64,000 nucleotides of DNA from Natrialbaceae archaeon (GTDB taxonomy: Archaea; Halobacteriota; Halobacteria; Halobacteriales; Natrialbaceae): NCBI GenBank assembly GCA_003559215.1, contig PWMF01000164.1, positions 11,500 to 75,499 on the forward strand, written 5' to 3'. Below, piece after piece: positions 31,803-42,905 of the stretch. How positions within the stretch are numbered: the first letter of the stretch is position 1; the number at the start of each line of letters is the position of its first letter. Made by a program: the position numbers and the translations under genes. A model generated the notes under the pieces. It made no database searches. It saw only the letters and a program-made list of their open reading frames with translations, and was not told where the DNA came from.

Positions 31803-32048
31803 ATGGAACGAACGGAGCTCACGAGCGTCGACGAGGGAAAACGCGTGCTGAACGCCGACGGGACTGCAGTCGGCCGCCTCGTCCGGGTTGACGACGGCTA
31901 CGGGTACGTCGATCCCGATCCGACGATCGTGACCACGCTGCGTGCCAAACTCGGCTTTCGACCCGACGGGACGGCCGCCCACCCCCTCGACGAGGGAAGC
32001 ATCGAGGAGATCACCGACGACGCCGTCCGCCTTCGGGGGACGCTCTAA
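31803..32048 (+). CDS. PRC-barrel-like small protein
   Basis: DEGKRVLNADGTAVG...VDPDP...IEEITDDAVRL. Confidence 0.75.
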   Translation: MERTELTSVDEGKRVLNADGTAVGRLVRVDDGYGYVDPDPTIVTTLRAKLGFRPDGTAAHPLDEGSIEEITDDAVRLRGTL

Positions 32049-32922
32049 CCGATCCGGAGAGAGACCCGACCCGCTCGAGCAGCCGATCGACCCGGGACTC
32101 CGCCCGACGCTTGGCGATGATGACCGGACACTCCGCTTCGCGGCCGACGGCGTCCGCGACGGAACCGATCACGGGCGGGCGCACCAGTCCGGTGCCGGTC
32201 GCGCCCAGTACGATCAGATCGTGCTCGGCCGCGGCCTCGAGGATCCCCGTCGCCGACGAGGGGGCGTCGACGAGCCGCTGGTCGACCGGAACGGCCGGGA
32301 ACGACGCTGCGGCGCGACGGAGACGTCGCTGCGCGGTGCCTCGGTCGGCCATCGGTCCCTCGTCGGTCATTACCGAGAGGACGGTGACTCGGGCCCCGTT
32401 CATCGCGGCGATCGCGGCGGCGACGTCGCTCGCTAGACCGGCGTGGGGGCCGCCGACCGTCGGCACCAGCACGGTGTCGACGCCGTCGGCGACCGTCCCC
32501 ATCCGCTCGACCAGCACGTCACACGGCGGTCGACGCAATACGGGATCGACTGAGGTACCCAGAACCGCGTCGGCGGTGCTGGCGCGTTCGCGCCACCCCA
32601 TGAGCAAGACGTCAGCGTCGACCTCGTCCACGACGTCCCGGATGGCCCCCGGAACGTCGCTGTCGACCCGGAGGTCGGTCGTAATCGGGACGTCCGAGAC
32701 GCTCTCGGCTCGCTCGAGCAGCCGCGTGCTTTCCTCGGCGTACTCGGAGACGATGTGCTCGTCGGAAAACAGCAGGAACGGCGAGTTGACCGGCTTGTGC
32801 TCGATCGCGATGGCGTGAATCCGACCATCGTGTCGGATCGCCAGGTCCGAGGCCGTCCGCAGGAACTGCTCGACGGCCGCGGGATTCGACAGCGCGACGA
32901 GAATCGTGTACTGTTCCCCCAT
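32011..32922 (-). CDS. Universal stress protein (tandem USP domains)
   Basis: ILVALSNP, DVLLMGW, LGTSVDPV..PPCDVLV; second domain DLIVLGA, IGSVADAV...CPVII. Confidence 0.9.
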   Translation of the reverse strand: MGEQYTILVALSNPAAVEQFLRTASDLAIRHDGRIHAIAIEHKPVNSPFLLFSDEHIVSEYAEESTRLLERAESVSDVPITTDLRVDSDVPGAIRDVVDEVDADVLLMGWRERASTADAVLGTSVDPVLRRPPCDVLVERMGTVADGVDTVLVPTVGGPHAGLASDVAAAIAAMNGARVTVLSVMTDEGPMADRGTAQRRLRRAAASFPAVPVDQRLVDAPSSATGILEAAAEHDLIVLGATGTGLVRPPVIGSVADAVGREAECPVIIAKRRAESRVDRLLERVGSLSGSVRASPEGGRRRR

Positions 32923-32953
32923 ACCATACCTTCACGGGCCAGGAGCAAAAGGC

Positions 32954-34279
32954 TCACCCGCCGGCATCGACGGTAACAGTACGTTCGGCCGCGTCGTCGG
33001 GGCTCTCGACCCGAACGGGGAACGTATCTGCGGTGGCGACCGGGTAGGTCTCGTACCCGAGGACGACCGTCTCGGTCGTCCCGAACGGTACGGTGACGGT
33101 GGTACTGTCGACCTGTTCTCGATCCGTCCCGACCAGGAGCTCGATCTCCTGGGTCGTGTCGCCGACCGCCATCATTCCGCCCTCGTTCTCGACTTCGATC
33201 TCGACCTCGAGCCGATCGCCGCCCTCGAGGGGCTCGTTCGTCCCGAGGATCTCGACCGCGAACGGGGGTCGGATCTCGGGACCGTCGACGACCGCCTCCT
33301 CGCTGGTCCGGCCGTCCTCGCAGACGGCCCGCGCCGCGGTCGGATAGCCGGCGGCGACCCAGCCCGGACCGGTCCGGGCGAGCGTCGCCTCGTCGCGTTC
33401 CCCCTCGAGGTGATCGACCCGAACCACCGTCCGGTTCTGTCCCTCGATCCAGACGACGCGGTCGAGCCGTCCCTCGGGATCGCGCGCGACGAGCCTGCTC
33501 TCGACGACGTCGTCGGTCCCGACGGTCGCGTCCGGGTCGGGGTCGCTGTCGAACGACTCGATCGTCGGCCGACCCCGTCCGTCGGGAGCGACCTCGAGCG
33601 TCCAGTCGTGACTCGAAGATCCCGTCTCCGTGGGGACGGTCACGCCGACGCCGTAGGTGCCGCCCGTCTCGGGCGCCGCGAGGTAGGCACCGGTTCCCGT
33701 CAGGAAGGTGTAGTCGCCCGCAAGCGCGAGGTCGCCCGCAATCGCGTCGTCGGCCTCCCACTCGAGGTCAGTCGGCTCGAGCCGACGTCCTGCCGCGACC
33801 TCGAACAGGACCGATGTCCCGGGCTGCACCGTGATTTCGTCAGCGTCGGGTCTAATCGTCGCGCTCTCGCCGTCGTCAGTGCCGACCACGGTGACGGTTC
33901 GCTGGTCGGCACCGGCGTCAGTCTCGACCCGGACCGGAAACGACTGGGTGCGCCGGACGCGGGGCGTTTCGTAGCCGAGAGTGATCGATGCCGTCTCGTC
34001 GCCGTCGACGCTGACGGACCGTTCTTCGACGGTCTCGGGGTCGTGGCCAACGACGAGGCGCGCGTCGACGGTCATCGCCGTTCGACCCGCGAGATCGGCC
34101 GTCACCTCGAGGCGCTCGCCGGCCGCGACGGGCGCGTTCGTCTCGCGGAGCCTGACCTCGACCTCTTCGGTTTGGGTTCGACCGACGGCACCCGACGTGG
34201 CTGCGAGCACCGCTCCGGCCGCGATACCGCCGAGGACGCGACGGCGTCCGTATCGTCGTGACTGTCGTTCCCACCACAT
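32954..34279 (-). CDS. Tat-secreted protein with duplicated Ig/CARDB-like domains
   Basis: GRRRVLGGIAAG signal; the motif LGYET...FPVRVE occurs twice. Confidence 0.75.
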   Translation of the reverse strand: MWWERQSRRYGRRRVLGGIAAGAVLAATSGAVGRTQTEEVEVRLRETNAPVAAGERLEVTADLAGRTAMTVDARLVVGHDPETVEERSVSVDGDETASITLGYETPRVRRTQSFPVRVETDAGADQRTVTVVGTDDGESATIRPDADEITVQPGTSVLFEVAAGRRLEPTDLEWEADDAIAGDLALAGDYTFLTGTGAYLAAPETGGTYGVGVTVPTETGSSSHDWTLEVAPDGRGRPTIESFDSDPDPDATVGTDDVVESRLVARDPEGRLDRVVWIEGQNRTVVRVDHLEGERDEATLARTGPGWVAAGYPTAARAVCEDGRTSEEAVVDGPEIRPPFAVEILGTNEPLEGGDRLEVEIEVENEGGMMAVGDTTQEIELLVGTDREQVDSTTVTVPFGTTETVVLGYETYPVATADTFPVRVESPDDAAERTVTVDAGG

Positions 34280-34414
34280 GATGCTCGAGGGACGTCGGGC
34301 CGGTGCGATAACTTCCGGGGATCGTTACCTCGATAAGGAGTGATTCACGGGTCGTCGGTGGTCGAAAACGAGCCGTTCAGTTACGGAGAGCGTTGTAGCC
34401 GGTGCCTACGGAGT

Positions 34415-35674
34415 TCAGACGCCGGTGGAGTACCGGAGGATGCCGGCGAACCCGCCGAAGGCGTTGTAGAGCTGTTCGCCCTTTTCGAAGTCCGTCGAGA
34501 TGAACTTCGTCTCGGTGCCGCGCTGTTCGGCGATCTCGATGAGGTGGTCGATGGCGTCCTCGCGGTCCTCCTCGCTCGCCTCGACCTCGCTCCCGCAGTC
34601 GCTACAGCTGTGTTCGGGTGTCGCCTTCCGTCGGTCGACGACCTCGCGATCGGTGTTCCCACACTCCTCGCAGTCGTAGGTGATGACGTCCCGTCGCAGA
34701 TCCTCGCTGATCAGCAGTCGGTCGACCGCGCCCATCATGAGGTTTCGTCGGGTCTGTTCGAACCCGTAGGTCGCGAGGTCGCCCGCGTTGAGTTCCTCGA
34801 AGAACTCCTCCATCTGCTTTTTGTCCTTCATCACCTCGGCGTCGGCCAGGGCGTCCTCGGCGTTGTCGACGAGGTCCTTGAGGCCGGACTCGTCGGTGTA
34901 GGCGACGTCGAACTTGCCGATGACGTTGTCCTGGATCTCGTGGTGGAGGTAGTCGCCGTCGAGGAACTCGTCTTTCGTCGGCGACGGGCCGCCAACCAGA
35001 ATGCCGTCGAGTTCGTGGCGTTTGGCGACGAACAGGTCGTTGGCCATGCCGGCGACCTCCTGGTAGAAGTTGTCGATCGCCTCGAGGCGCAGCCTGGCGA
35101 ACCGCTGTGCGGACTGGCCACCTTTGCGCTGCTTGCCCGGAACCAGCGAGGAGGCGGACTTGACCGCCTCGACGCGTTTGCCTTTCAGCCAGCCGACGTT
35201 TGCCTCTCGACGATCGAGGACGATCAGCCCGTAGAGACCCTTGTCGGCCATCATCTCCTCGAGCGGCTCGATGAGGAAATCGGAGTCGCAGTGGTAGCGG
35301 AAGGATTCGACGGGCTGTGGCGGGCTCTCGAGAACCTTCGTGACCATCTCGGTCCGGCCCCCGCCGGAGTCGACCGCGCCCGAGAACACGACCATCCCGT
35401 TTTCGGGCGGATACGTGTCGTAGTACCGCAGCCGGTCTTTGATGCTCGTCAGCGCGTCCTGGACGGCCGTCCGGGTCTGCTTGGACTTGATGTTGGCCGC
35501 CTCGCTGTGTTCCTGCGTGACGTGGGTGACGACGTCGCTGATCTGGCGGTCCTCGGGAATGTAGATCGAGACGAGCTGCGTGCCGGAGCCGTCGAAGTCC
35601 TTGAGATCCTCGATGACCTTCCGGAACTCGTACTTTTTCCGGTCGGATTGCTCCTGTTCGGCCTCCTGGCTCAT
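34415..35674 (-). CDS. prf1: Peptide chain release factor aRF1
   Basis: NIKS, YHCD, GGQSAQRF, GGFAGILRY. Confidence 0.98.
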   Translation of the reverse strand: MSQEAEQEQSDRKKYEFRKVIEDLKDFDGSGTQLVSIYIPEDRQISDVVTHVTQEHSEAANIKSKQTRTAVQDALTSIKDRLRYYDTYPPENGMVVFSGAVDSGGGRTEMVTKVLESPPQPVESFRYHCDSDFLIEPLEEMMADKGLYGLIVLDRREANVGWLKGKRVEAVKSASSLVPGKQRKGGQSAQRFARLRLEAIDNFYQEVAGMANDLFVAKRHELDGILVGGPSPTKDEFLDGDYLHHEIQDNVIGKFDVAYTDESGLKDLVDNAEDALADAEVMKDKKQMEEFFEELNAGDLATYGFEQTRRNLMMGAVDRLLISEDLRRDVITYDCEECGNTDREVVDRRKATPEHSCSDCGSEVEASEEDREDAIDHLIEIAEQRGTETKFISTDFEKGEQLYNAFGGFAGILRYSTGV

Positions 35675-35792
35675 TGGGCGTACAAAACGGTGCTGTGGCT
35701 AAGTATCCTTTGACACGCGCTACGGGCCGACGTGCGTTCACGCGGCCCGCGGGCCGTCCGTGCGGTCCGCGGACGGCTCCTCGGAACCGCCG

Positions 35793-37583
35793 CTACATCG
35801 AGCGCGGGGCCTCGACGCCCAGAATCGAGAGGGCGTTGGCGACCGTGTGCCTCGAGGCCGCGACGAGCGCGAGGCGGGCCTCCCGGACGTCGGGCTCGAC
35901 GTCGTCGGCCAGCACCGGACACTCCCGGTAGAAGGCGTTGAAACGGTCGGCGAACGTGCGCGTGTAGGTCGCGATCTGGTGGGGCTGGAGGTCGTCGGCG
36001 GCCTCGTCGACGACAGCCGGGAACCGCGCGATCGTCTCGAGCAGCTCCCGTTCGGCGGGATCCTCGAGCAGGTCGACGTCGGCCGCGGAGTCGAGGTCGA
36101 TATCTTGGCCCTCAAGGTCGGCCGCTGAGTCGAGTCCGGCCTCTTCCAGAATCCCACAACAGCGCGCGTGGACGTACTGGACGTAGGGCGCGGATTGGGC
36201 CTCGAAGTCGAGCGCCTGCTCCCACTCGAAGGTGATCGCCTTCGAGGGCTGTTTCGAGACGATGTCGTACCGAACTGCACCGATGCCGACCTGGTGGGCG
36301 ATTCGCTCGATGTCCTCGTCGGTCAGCTCGTCGTCACGGATCCGGTCGTCGAGGCGGTCCTCGACCTCCTCGCGGGCGCGGTCGATCGCCTCGTCGAGCA
36401 GGTCGTCCAGGTCGACGCCGGTCCCGCGCCGCGTCGACATCTTCCCCTCCGGGAGGTTGACGTAGGAGTACAGCACCTGCCGAAGCGGATCGGTGTCGTT
36501 GCCCAGCAGCTCGAGGGTGGTCCGAAGCTGGTCGGCCTGGAGGGTGTGGTCCTCGCCCAACACCGTCACCGCGTTGTCGTACTCCTCGAACTTCCACTCG
36601 TGGTGGGCCAGGTCTCGCGTCGGGTACAGCGAGGTGCCGTCGGCCCGCAGGAAGACGAGATTCTTTTCGATCCCGTGGTCGTCGAGCTCGAGCTGCCAGG
36701 CGTCCTCTTCGTACACCGCTTCGTCGAGCTCCTTGAGCCGCGCGACGAGGTCGTCGGTGTCCCCGTTGCGCATGAAGCGGGTCTCCTTGACGAACTCGTC
36801 GAACTCCGCGGGCAGGCGGGCGAGACACTCCTTCATCCCGCCCAGCACCTGGTCGACGACCTCGCTGACCCGCTCGTATGCCTCGTCGTCGCCGGCCTCG
36901 AGCCCCTGCATGATCGACTCGATCTCGGCCTCCGCGTCGGCGACCTCGTCCTCGGGGGCGTTCTCGAGGAAGGCGTTGCCCTTGCGGTAGTAGCGCACGA
37001 GGTCGTACTCCGGGCGATCGCGCTCGGGCTCGCCCTCGAGGTCCTCCTCGTCGAACGTCTCGTAGGCCCAGGTGAAGACGGCCATCTGTCGGCCCGCGTC
37101 GTTGACGTAGTAGTGGCGATCGACGTCGTAGCCGGCGTAATTCAGGAGATTCGCGACCGCGTCGCCGATGATCGGGTTCCGGGCGCGGCCGACGTGGACC
37201 GGTCCCGTCGGGTTCGCGCTGGTGTGTTCGACGACGACGCTCTCCTCGCGATCCTCGAGGGCGCCGTAGTCGGCGGCCGTCGCCGTCTCGAGCGTGTTCT
37301 CGAGGTAGGCTTCGCTTGGCAGGAAGTTGAGGTACGGCCCCTGGGTCTCGATCGCCGCGACGTGGGTCAGTTCGTCGGCGTCGATCTCGGCGGCGATCGC
37401 TTCGGCGACCTGTGGCGGCGGGGCGCCGGCCTCGCCGGCCAGTCGGAAGGCGACGCTCGAGGCGAGGACGCTGTCGACGTCTTCCGGCGGTTCTTCGATC
37501 CCGAGATCGTCGGTCGGATAGCCGAGCGCCGAGAGCGCCGTCTCGAGGGCGCTCTCGACCTCCGCGCGCAGGGAGAGGAACAT
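35793..37583 (-). CDS. argS: Arginine--tRNA ligase
   Basis: [33 protein letters not shown]. Confidence 0.97.
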   Translation of the reverse strand: MFLSLRAEVESALETALSALGYPTDDLGIEEPPEDVDSVLASSVAFRLAGEAGAPPPQVAEAIAAEIDADELTHVAAIETQGPYLNFLPSEAYLENTLETATAADYGALEDREESVVVEHTSANPTGPVHVGRARNPIIGDAVANLLNYAGYDVDRHYYVNDAGRQMAVFTWAYETFDEEDLEGEPERDRPEYDLVRYYRKGNAFLENAPEDEVADAEAEIESIMQGLEAGDDEAYERVSEVVDQVLGGMKECLARLPAEFDEFVKETRFMRNGDTDDLVARLKELDEAVYEEDAWQLELDDHGIEKNLVFLRADGTSLYPTRDLAHHEWKFEEYDNAVTVLGEDHTLQADQLRTTLELLGNDTDPLRQVLYSYVNLPEGKMSTRRGTGVDLDDLLDEAIDRAREEVEDRLDDRIRDDELTDEDIERIAHQVGIGAVRYDIVSKQPSKAITFEWEQALDFEAQSAPYVQYVHARCCGILEEAGLDSAADLEGQDIDLDSAADVDLLEDPAERELLETIARFPAVVDEAADDLQPHQIATYTRTFADRFNAFYRECPVLADDVEPDVREARLALVAASRHTVANALSILGVEAPRSM

Positions 37584-37771
37584 ACCCGCCCGTATTCAGG
37601 GGGCAAGTAAAGGAATGTCGGGTTCCGTTCCGGACCGCGGCTGCGACCCCGTCAGGTTCGGTTTCGGAGTGCGGCGACGCCGTCAGGTTCCGTTTCGGAG
37701 TACGGCGGCCCCGTCGAGCCTTGAGATGGACGGGCGCAACGTCAACCGTAGCAGGGGCTTCCGACGAGTGC

Positions 37772-38053
37772 ATGACGACGCTAACCGAAGCCGACGAAAC
37801 CGACGAAGCCGAGTCCGAATCCGAATCCGAAGAACTGGACGCGCTCGAAGATACCCCCCTCTCGTCCGGGGATCCGGTGACGGTCGCGGCCGCGATGTCG
37901 GTCGCGTACTCGTGGTACCTGTTCTACCTCAAGGAGGACAAGGTCGCCGGTCTGTTCGTCGGCCTCTGGGCGCCGACGCTGCTGGGTGCCGCGGCGTACT
38001 TCCAGCAGAAGGAGCTGTACGCGAAACTCGAGAAGGGCCTCACCTTCGCCTAA
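37772..38053 (+). CDS. Small membrane protein with acidic N-terminus
   Basis: GLFVGLWAPTLL and two hydrophobic helices. Confidence 0.7.
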   Translation: MTTLTEADETDEAESESESEELDALEDTPLSSGDPVTVAAAMSVAYSWYLFYLKEDKVAGLFVGLWAPTLLGAAAYFQQKELYAKLEKGLTFA

Positions 38054-38099
38054 ATCCGGTCGACTCGGGCGCGAAGAGACCGCAGTAACCGTACGATTC

Positions 38100-39260
38100 T
38101 CACTCGATTTTTAGCCCGCTGCCAGTCAGCGGCACGACGACGTCCGCACCAGCGTCCAGCACGCCGTCCTCGCGGTAGCGCTCCAGGGCGGCCGGCGCGA
38201 CCGCACAGGTCGGCTCGACGTAGAATCCGCTGCGGTGAAGCCGCTCCAGGGCGTCCTCGATGGTGGCCGGCTCGAGGGCGATGGCGTCGCCATCGGTCCG
38301 CTCGATCGCCTCGAGGATCTCGTCGAGGCGGGCGGGCTCGACGATCTGAATCCCGTCGGCGACGGACTCGGTGTGGCCGGGTTCGGCCGCGACCGTCTCG
38401 CCGAACCGGTTTGCGACGGGCGCGTAGCCCGCCTCCTGTGCGGCGAGCAGCCGCGGCAGTTCGTCGATGATCCCCGCCTCGAGCAGCAGCGAGAACCCGC
38501 GGTAGGCGCCCAGGAACAGGGTGCCGTGGCCGACCGGGAGCACGACGGCGTCGGGCGCCGTCCAGTCGCGCTGGGCCGCGATCTCGAGGGCGAACGTCAT
38601 CGTTCCGGCGTAAAACGCGGGGTTCCAGGCGTGGCTGGCGTACCAGCCGTCGCCGGGCTGGCGAGTGGCGACGTCCGCTCCGGCGTCACCGCGACCGTCC
38701 CTGCCGTCCTCGCTTCCGCCCTCGACCGCCTCGATACAGGCGTCGGTGACGTCCTGCCGACTCCCCTCGATCCGAACCGGTCGGGCGCCGGTTCGCTCGA
38801 TCGCGCCCAGCTTCGCCGCCTTGACGTCCGCTGGAACGTAGATCTCCGCGTCGATTCCGGCTCGAGCCGCGTACGTCGCGATCGCGGCGCCGGCGTTGCC
38901 CGAAGAGTCCTCGAGCACTCGTTCGACGCCGAGTTCGGCCGCCCGGGAGAGCGTCGTCGTCGCACCCCGGTCCTTGAACGACCCCGTCGGGAAGACGTAC
39001 TCGAGCTTGAAGGTGGCGTCCCACTCCGGGGCGTCGACCAGCGGGGTGAACCCCTCACCCAGGGAAACTCGCTCGTCGATCGGGAGCCAGGGTGCGAAGT
39101 TCCAGAGGCCGCGACCGGGCTCGAGTTCTAACGCGGTCGGATCGTCGGGGAGCGGTCGGTCGGCGAACTCGAGGGGACCACCGCAGTCACAGCGCCACGG
39201 CTCGTCGGGGCCGGCCGCGTAGGCGGCGCCGCAGTCGGGGCAGGTGAGATCCGACCCCAT
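38100..39260 (-). CDS. Threonine synthase-like PLP-dependent enzyme
   Basis: CPDCG, LGEGFTPL, PTGSFKDRG, DSSGNAG, LTGSGLK. Confidence 0.9.
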   Translation of the reverse strand: MGSDLTCPDCGAAYAAGPDEPWRCDCGGPLEFADRPLPDDPTALELEPGRGLWNFAPWLPIDERVSLGEGFTPLVDAPEWDATFKLEYVFPTGSFKDRGATTTLSRAAELGVERVLEDSSGNAGAAIATYAARAGIDAEIYVPADVKAAKLGAIERTGARPVRIEGSRQDVTDACIEAVEGGSEDGRDGRGDAGADVATRQPGDGWYASHAWNPAFYAGTMTFALEIAAQRDWTAPDAVVLPVGHGTLFLGAYRGFSLLLEAGIIDELPRLLAAQEAGYAPVANRFGETVAAEPGHTESVADGIQIVEPARLDEILEAIERTDGDAIALEPATIEDALERLHRSGFYVEPTCAVAPAALERYREDGVLDAGADVVVPLTGSGLKIE

Positions 39261-39261
39261 C

Positions 39262-40221
39262 TCAGTACTCGTCGATGTCGGTCGCGACCGAGCAGACGTA
39301 CTCTCCCGTCGCGACCTGCGGGAGTCGACGGCTCCGCCAGAGGATTCCGTCGCTGTCGGCGGTCACCGTCTGTTTGGGCTCGCCAAAGGGCGTCGTCACG
39401 GTAAACAGCGTGTCGCCGGTGCTCACCCGGTCGCCGAGGTCGGGCTCGAGATCGACGAGCCCGCCGGCGGGCGCACCGAACTGCTCGAACCCCTTTGCGC
39501 GGGTCTGGGGCACGGGGCTCCGATCGCCCTCGAGGAAGCCGTAGTAGCGGAGCACGTTGAACACGCCCTCGACGCCCTTTCGGATGCTTTCCTCGTCCCA
39601 GCCGACGCAGCCGCCGAGCTCTGGGTCGACGGTCGGGATCCCCTCGTCGGGCGCCGCGCGGGCGAGCTGGCCCTCGGGTCCCTTCTGATCGAGGATGTAA
39701 CCGCAGCCGAAGACCTTCGCGAGCTCGAGACACTCGCCGTGAAGCCGGTGGCGGGTACCACAGCGGACCCGAACCTCGTCGATCATCCGGCTGGTCGATC
39801 CCTGGTGAAGGTCCAGGATGAGATCCGCCCGGGTAGCCGCCTCGAAGGTCGAAGCCGCGATTCGCTCGCTCGAGGTGCCCGCTGCGTTACCCGGGTACGC
39901 CCGGTTCATCTTCGTGTCGTCGATCGGGTTGCGGTGTTCGGCGACCTGGAACCCGTGATAGTTGACGATGCCGACGATCAGGAGGGTGCCGCTGAGTTCG
40001 GTCGGGTCGAGCTGCGGGACGACCCGCTGGACGACGCCGACGCCGTTGAGTTCGTCACCGTCGCTGGCCGCTTGCAAATAGAGAGTCTTTCCGGATTCCG
40101 CACCGTTTACGACGGCGACGGGGAGCCCGAACGGGCTCCCGTCTCGGGTCTCGCCGACCTCGAGACGACCCGTGTCGATCTCGCCGGGATCAGCGCTCGC
40201 CGTTCCGAGCGTCGTTGTCAT
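39262..40221 (-). CDS. Succinylglutamate desuccinylase/aspartoacylase family protein
   Basis: DGDELNG, MNRAYPG, ILDLHQG. Confidence 0.9.
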   Translation of the reverse strand: MTTTLGTASADPGEIDTGRLEVGETRDGSPFGLPVAVVNGAESGKTLYLQAASDGDELNGVGVVQRVVPQLDPTELSGTLLIVGIVNYHGFQVAEHRNPIDDTKMNRAYPGNAAGTSSERIAASTFEAATRADLILDLHQGSTSRMIDEVRVRCGTRHRLHGECLELAKVFGCGYILDQKGPEGQLARAAPDEGIPTVDPELGGCVGWDEESIRKGVEGVFNVLRYYGFLEGDRSPVPQTRAKGFEQFGAPAGGLVDLEPDLGDRVSTGDTLFTVTTPFGEPKQTVTADSDGILWRSRRLPQVATGEYVCSVATDIDEY

Positions 40222-40371
40222 GTGTAGAGGGGTTGAACCCGTCAGCCTTTATGGATTCGGTTAGACCTCACTACCACCGGAATCGCCCGAGCGAACGATC
40301 ACCGATCTCGAGGGGAACCGGTCGGCAGACGCCGTGGAAGCTTTTTACCCGGCCGAGCCGGAGACTATCGC

Positions 40372-41538
40372 GTGAATCGACGCACGATCCTCGCGGCGTC
40401 CGGAGGTGCCCTCTCGGCGACCGTCGCCGGTTGTGCCGGCGTTCTCGAGACGGACGACGCCGACGACGACCTCGCGGTCGAAGAGATCGCCGACGGATTC
40501 GAACACCCCTGGAGTCTCTCGATCGTGCCGGACGACGGGCGGCTGCTCGTAACCGAGCGCGAGGGGACACTCGCCGTCCTCGATCCGGACGACGGCGACG
40601 TCGAGGACGTCGACGGCGCGCCGGACGTGCACACGGAGGGACAGGGCGGCCTGCTCGACGCCGCCTTCCATCCCGACTTTCCGGACGAGTCGTGGCTCTA
40701 CCTCACCTACGCGACGGCCAACGACGACGGCGAGTCGACCACGGCCCTCGGCCGGGGGGAGCTCGATCTCGAGGCGGCGAGCCTCCAGGGGTTCGAGGAG
40801 CTGTACGTCGTCGAGCCGTTCGTCGATTCGGACGGCCACTACGGCTCCCGGGTCGTCTTCGGCGACGACGGCGCGGTCTACGTGACCGTCGGCGACCGCC
40901 AGTCCAAGGAGTTCGGCCCTGACCACTACTCCCAGGACACGACGACCGAGATCGGGTCGACGCTGCGGCTCGAGCCGGACGGTTCGATCCCCGACGACAA
41001 CCCGTTCGTGGACGAGGACGACGCCGAGGACGCGATCTTCAGCTACGGCCACCGCAACGCCCAGGGGATGACCGTCCATCCCGAGACGGGCGAGCTCTGG
41101 CAGTCCGAACACGGCGAGGAGGACGGCGACATGCTCCGGATCGTCGAGGAAGGCGCCAACCACGGCTGGCCGGTCGTCCACTACGGCTGCGAGTACGGCA
41201 CCGACGAGCCGGTCGGCGACGAGTTCGACGACCGGGACGACGTCGTCGACCCGGTCTACTACTGGGAGTGTAACAGCGGCGGGTTCCCGCCCGCGGGGAT
41301 GACGTTCTACGACGGCGACGCCTTCGAGGAGTGGGAGGGCGACCTGTTCGTCGGGAACCTCGCCGGGGAGTACCTGGGCCGGTTCACCGTCGACGGCACC
41401 GACGTCGAGGAAGTCGATCCGCTGCTCGAGGGCCAGGGGTGGCGGATCCGGGACGTCGTAACCCACCCTGACTCGGGTGCACTGTACGTCGCGGTCGACG
41501 ACGCCGACGCCCCGATCGTTCGGCTGACACCCGAGTAG
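40372..41538 (+). CDS. PQQ-dependent soluble aldose dehydrogenase, Tat lipoprotein
   Basis: NRRTIL...VAGC lipobox, GQGGLLD, HYGSR, SYGHRNAQG, NHGWP. Confidence 0.92.
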   Translation: MNRRTILAASGGALSATVAGCAGVLETDDADDDLAVEEIADGFEHPWSLSIVPDDGRLLVTEREGTLAVLDPDDGDVEDVDGAPDVHTEGQGGLLDAAFHPDFPDESWLYLTYATANDDGESTTALGRGELDLEAASLQGFEELYVVEPFVDSDGHYGSRVVFGDDGAVYVTVGDRQSKEFGPDHYSQDTTTEIGSTLRLEPDGSIPDDNPFVDEDDAEDAIFSYGHRNAQGMTVHPETGELWQSEHGEEDGDMLRIVEEGANHGWPVVHYGCEYGTDEPVGDEFDDRDDVVDPVYYWECNSGGFPPAGMTFYDGDAFEEWEGDLFVGNLAGEYLGRFTVDGTDVEEVDPLLEGQGWRIRDVVTHPDSGALYVAVDDADAPIVRLTPE

Positions 41539-41606
41539 GGAAGCTCGTCTCGAGGGACGGACACGAGTTTCAACGATTCCGGGTCCGTGTTTCGGTGAAA
41601 ACGGAG

Positions 41607-42905
41607 TCAGTCGTCGAGGCGCATCGGCTGTCGACGACGGTACGTGAGCGTCCGCCACACCCACTCGACGGGTCCGAAGCGGAACCGTCCCAGCCACCAC
41701 ACCGACAGCGGGATCTGGATCGCCCAGATCAGAACGACCACGCCGAGCAGCTCCGCGCGGCTCAGCTGGCCGAACAGGCCGAGGCCGTGGCCGTAGAAGA
41801 TCGTCGTCGCCAGGACGGTCTGGAGCAGGTAGTTCGAGAACGCGGTGCGGCCGACCGCCGACAGCGCCCGGACGACGACCCCGTCACGGACCCGCCGACA
41901 GAGCAGCATGATTCCGGCAAGATACCCGATCGCGAGGAGCAGGGAGCCCCAGTAGTTGAACTGAAACGCGAGCGTGATTACCGGTAGCGTCTCCCAGGCC
42001 AACGCCTCCCGGACCCACACCCCGACGAGGACGAGCGCGAGCCCGGCCCCACCGAAACCGGCGAAAACGCGTCGGTAGAAGCGCGTGCTCCGCCCGTTGG
42101 TGATAATATCCCACTTGTAGAGCGCCATACCGATGATCATCAGCCCGCCGAGCATCCAGAACGCCTCGAAGAGGAATCCGAGCGTGTGAAACTCGAAGAC
42201 GACGGGGACGCGGTGGGCCAGCTGATCGACCCAGCCGCTCCGGTAGATCTCGATCTCCCGCTCCGGCGAGAACCCCCCGCCGAACGAAGCGAGCAGCTCC
42301 GCCTCGAGTTCGGCCCGCCCGTCCTCGGGAAGGGTGAAGTATCCCAGGCCGGCCAGGAGGTAGAGCAGCGACGGGATCGCGAACATCGCGATGCCGAGGA
42401 CGAACTGGCGGGCGGGCTGCCACCGCCACACCCAGACGACGAGAAAGCCCGAGAGGGCGTAGAGGACGAGGATATCGCCGTACCAGAGCAGGTACGCGTG
42501 TCCGAGACCGATGACGAGTAGCCAGAACGTCCTGGCGAGGTGTAGCCGCCGACCGGGCTGGTCCTTTCGGTCCTTCGACTCGAGGAACAGCACGATCCCG
42601 GCGCCGAACATGAAGGTAAACAGCGTCACGAACTTCTGCTCGAAGAAGACGTGACTGACCAGCCAGGCGAGGTAGTCCGCGCCGGTGAAGTTTCCGTAGA
42701 GGACCGGGTTGATCGACGCCACCGCCGGCATTCCGAACAGCCAGATGTTGATTACCAGGATCCCGAGCAGGGCGAATCCGCGCAGCGCGTCGAGGGCGAC
42801 GATCCGGTCGGTCGGGGCCGTCGGCCCGGGCCCGTCGGGAGCAGACATCGTCCCCGGGTCGTCGGGTGTAGCAGTCGACGCCGAACCGCCGTCTTCGTCC
42901 GTCAT
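41607..42905 (-). CDS. DUF418 (YeiB-like) membrane protein
   Basis: RIVALDALRGFALLGILVIN, WYGDIL, GRTAFSNYLLQT, GPVEWVWR. Confidence 0.93.
   Translation of the reverse strand: MTDEDGGSASTATPDDPGTMSAPDGPGPTAPTDRIVALDALRGFALLGILVINIWLFGMPAVASINPVLYGNFTGADYLAWLVSHVFFEQKFVTLFTFMFGAGIVLFLESKDRKDQPGRRLHLARTFWLLVIGLGHAYLLWYGDILVLYALSGFLVVWVWRWQPARQFVLGIAMFAIPSLLYLLAGLGYFTLPEDGRAELEAELLASFGGGFSPEREIEIYRSGWVDQLAHRVPVVFEFHTLGFLFEAFWMLGGLMIIGMALYKWDIITNGRSTRFYRRVFAGFGGAGLALVLVGVWVREALAWETLPVITLAFQFNYWGSLLLAIGYLAGIMLLCRRVRDGVVVRALSAVGRTAFSNYLLQTVLATTIFYGHGLGLFGQLSRAELLGVVVLIWAIQIPLSVWWLGRFRFGPVEWVWRTLTYRRRQPMRLDD

Noticed and set aside
38660-38730. Extra loop in the threonine-synthase-like gene as another repeat insertion
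   Set aside because: No hairpin, direct repeat or similarity to the repeat modules visible; ordinary variable loop
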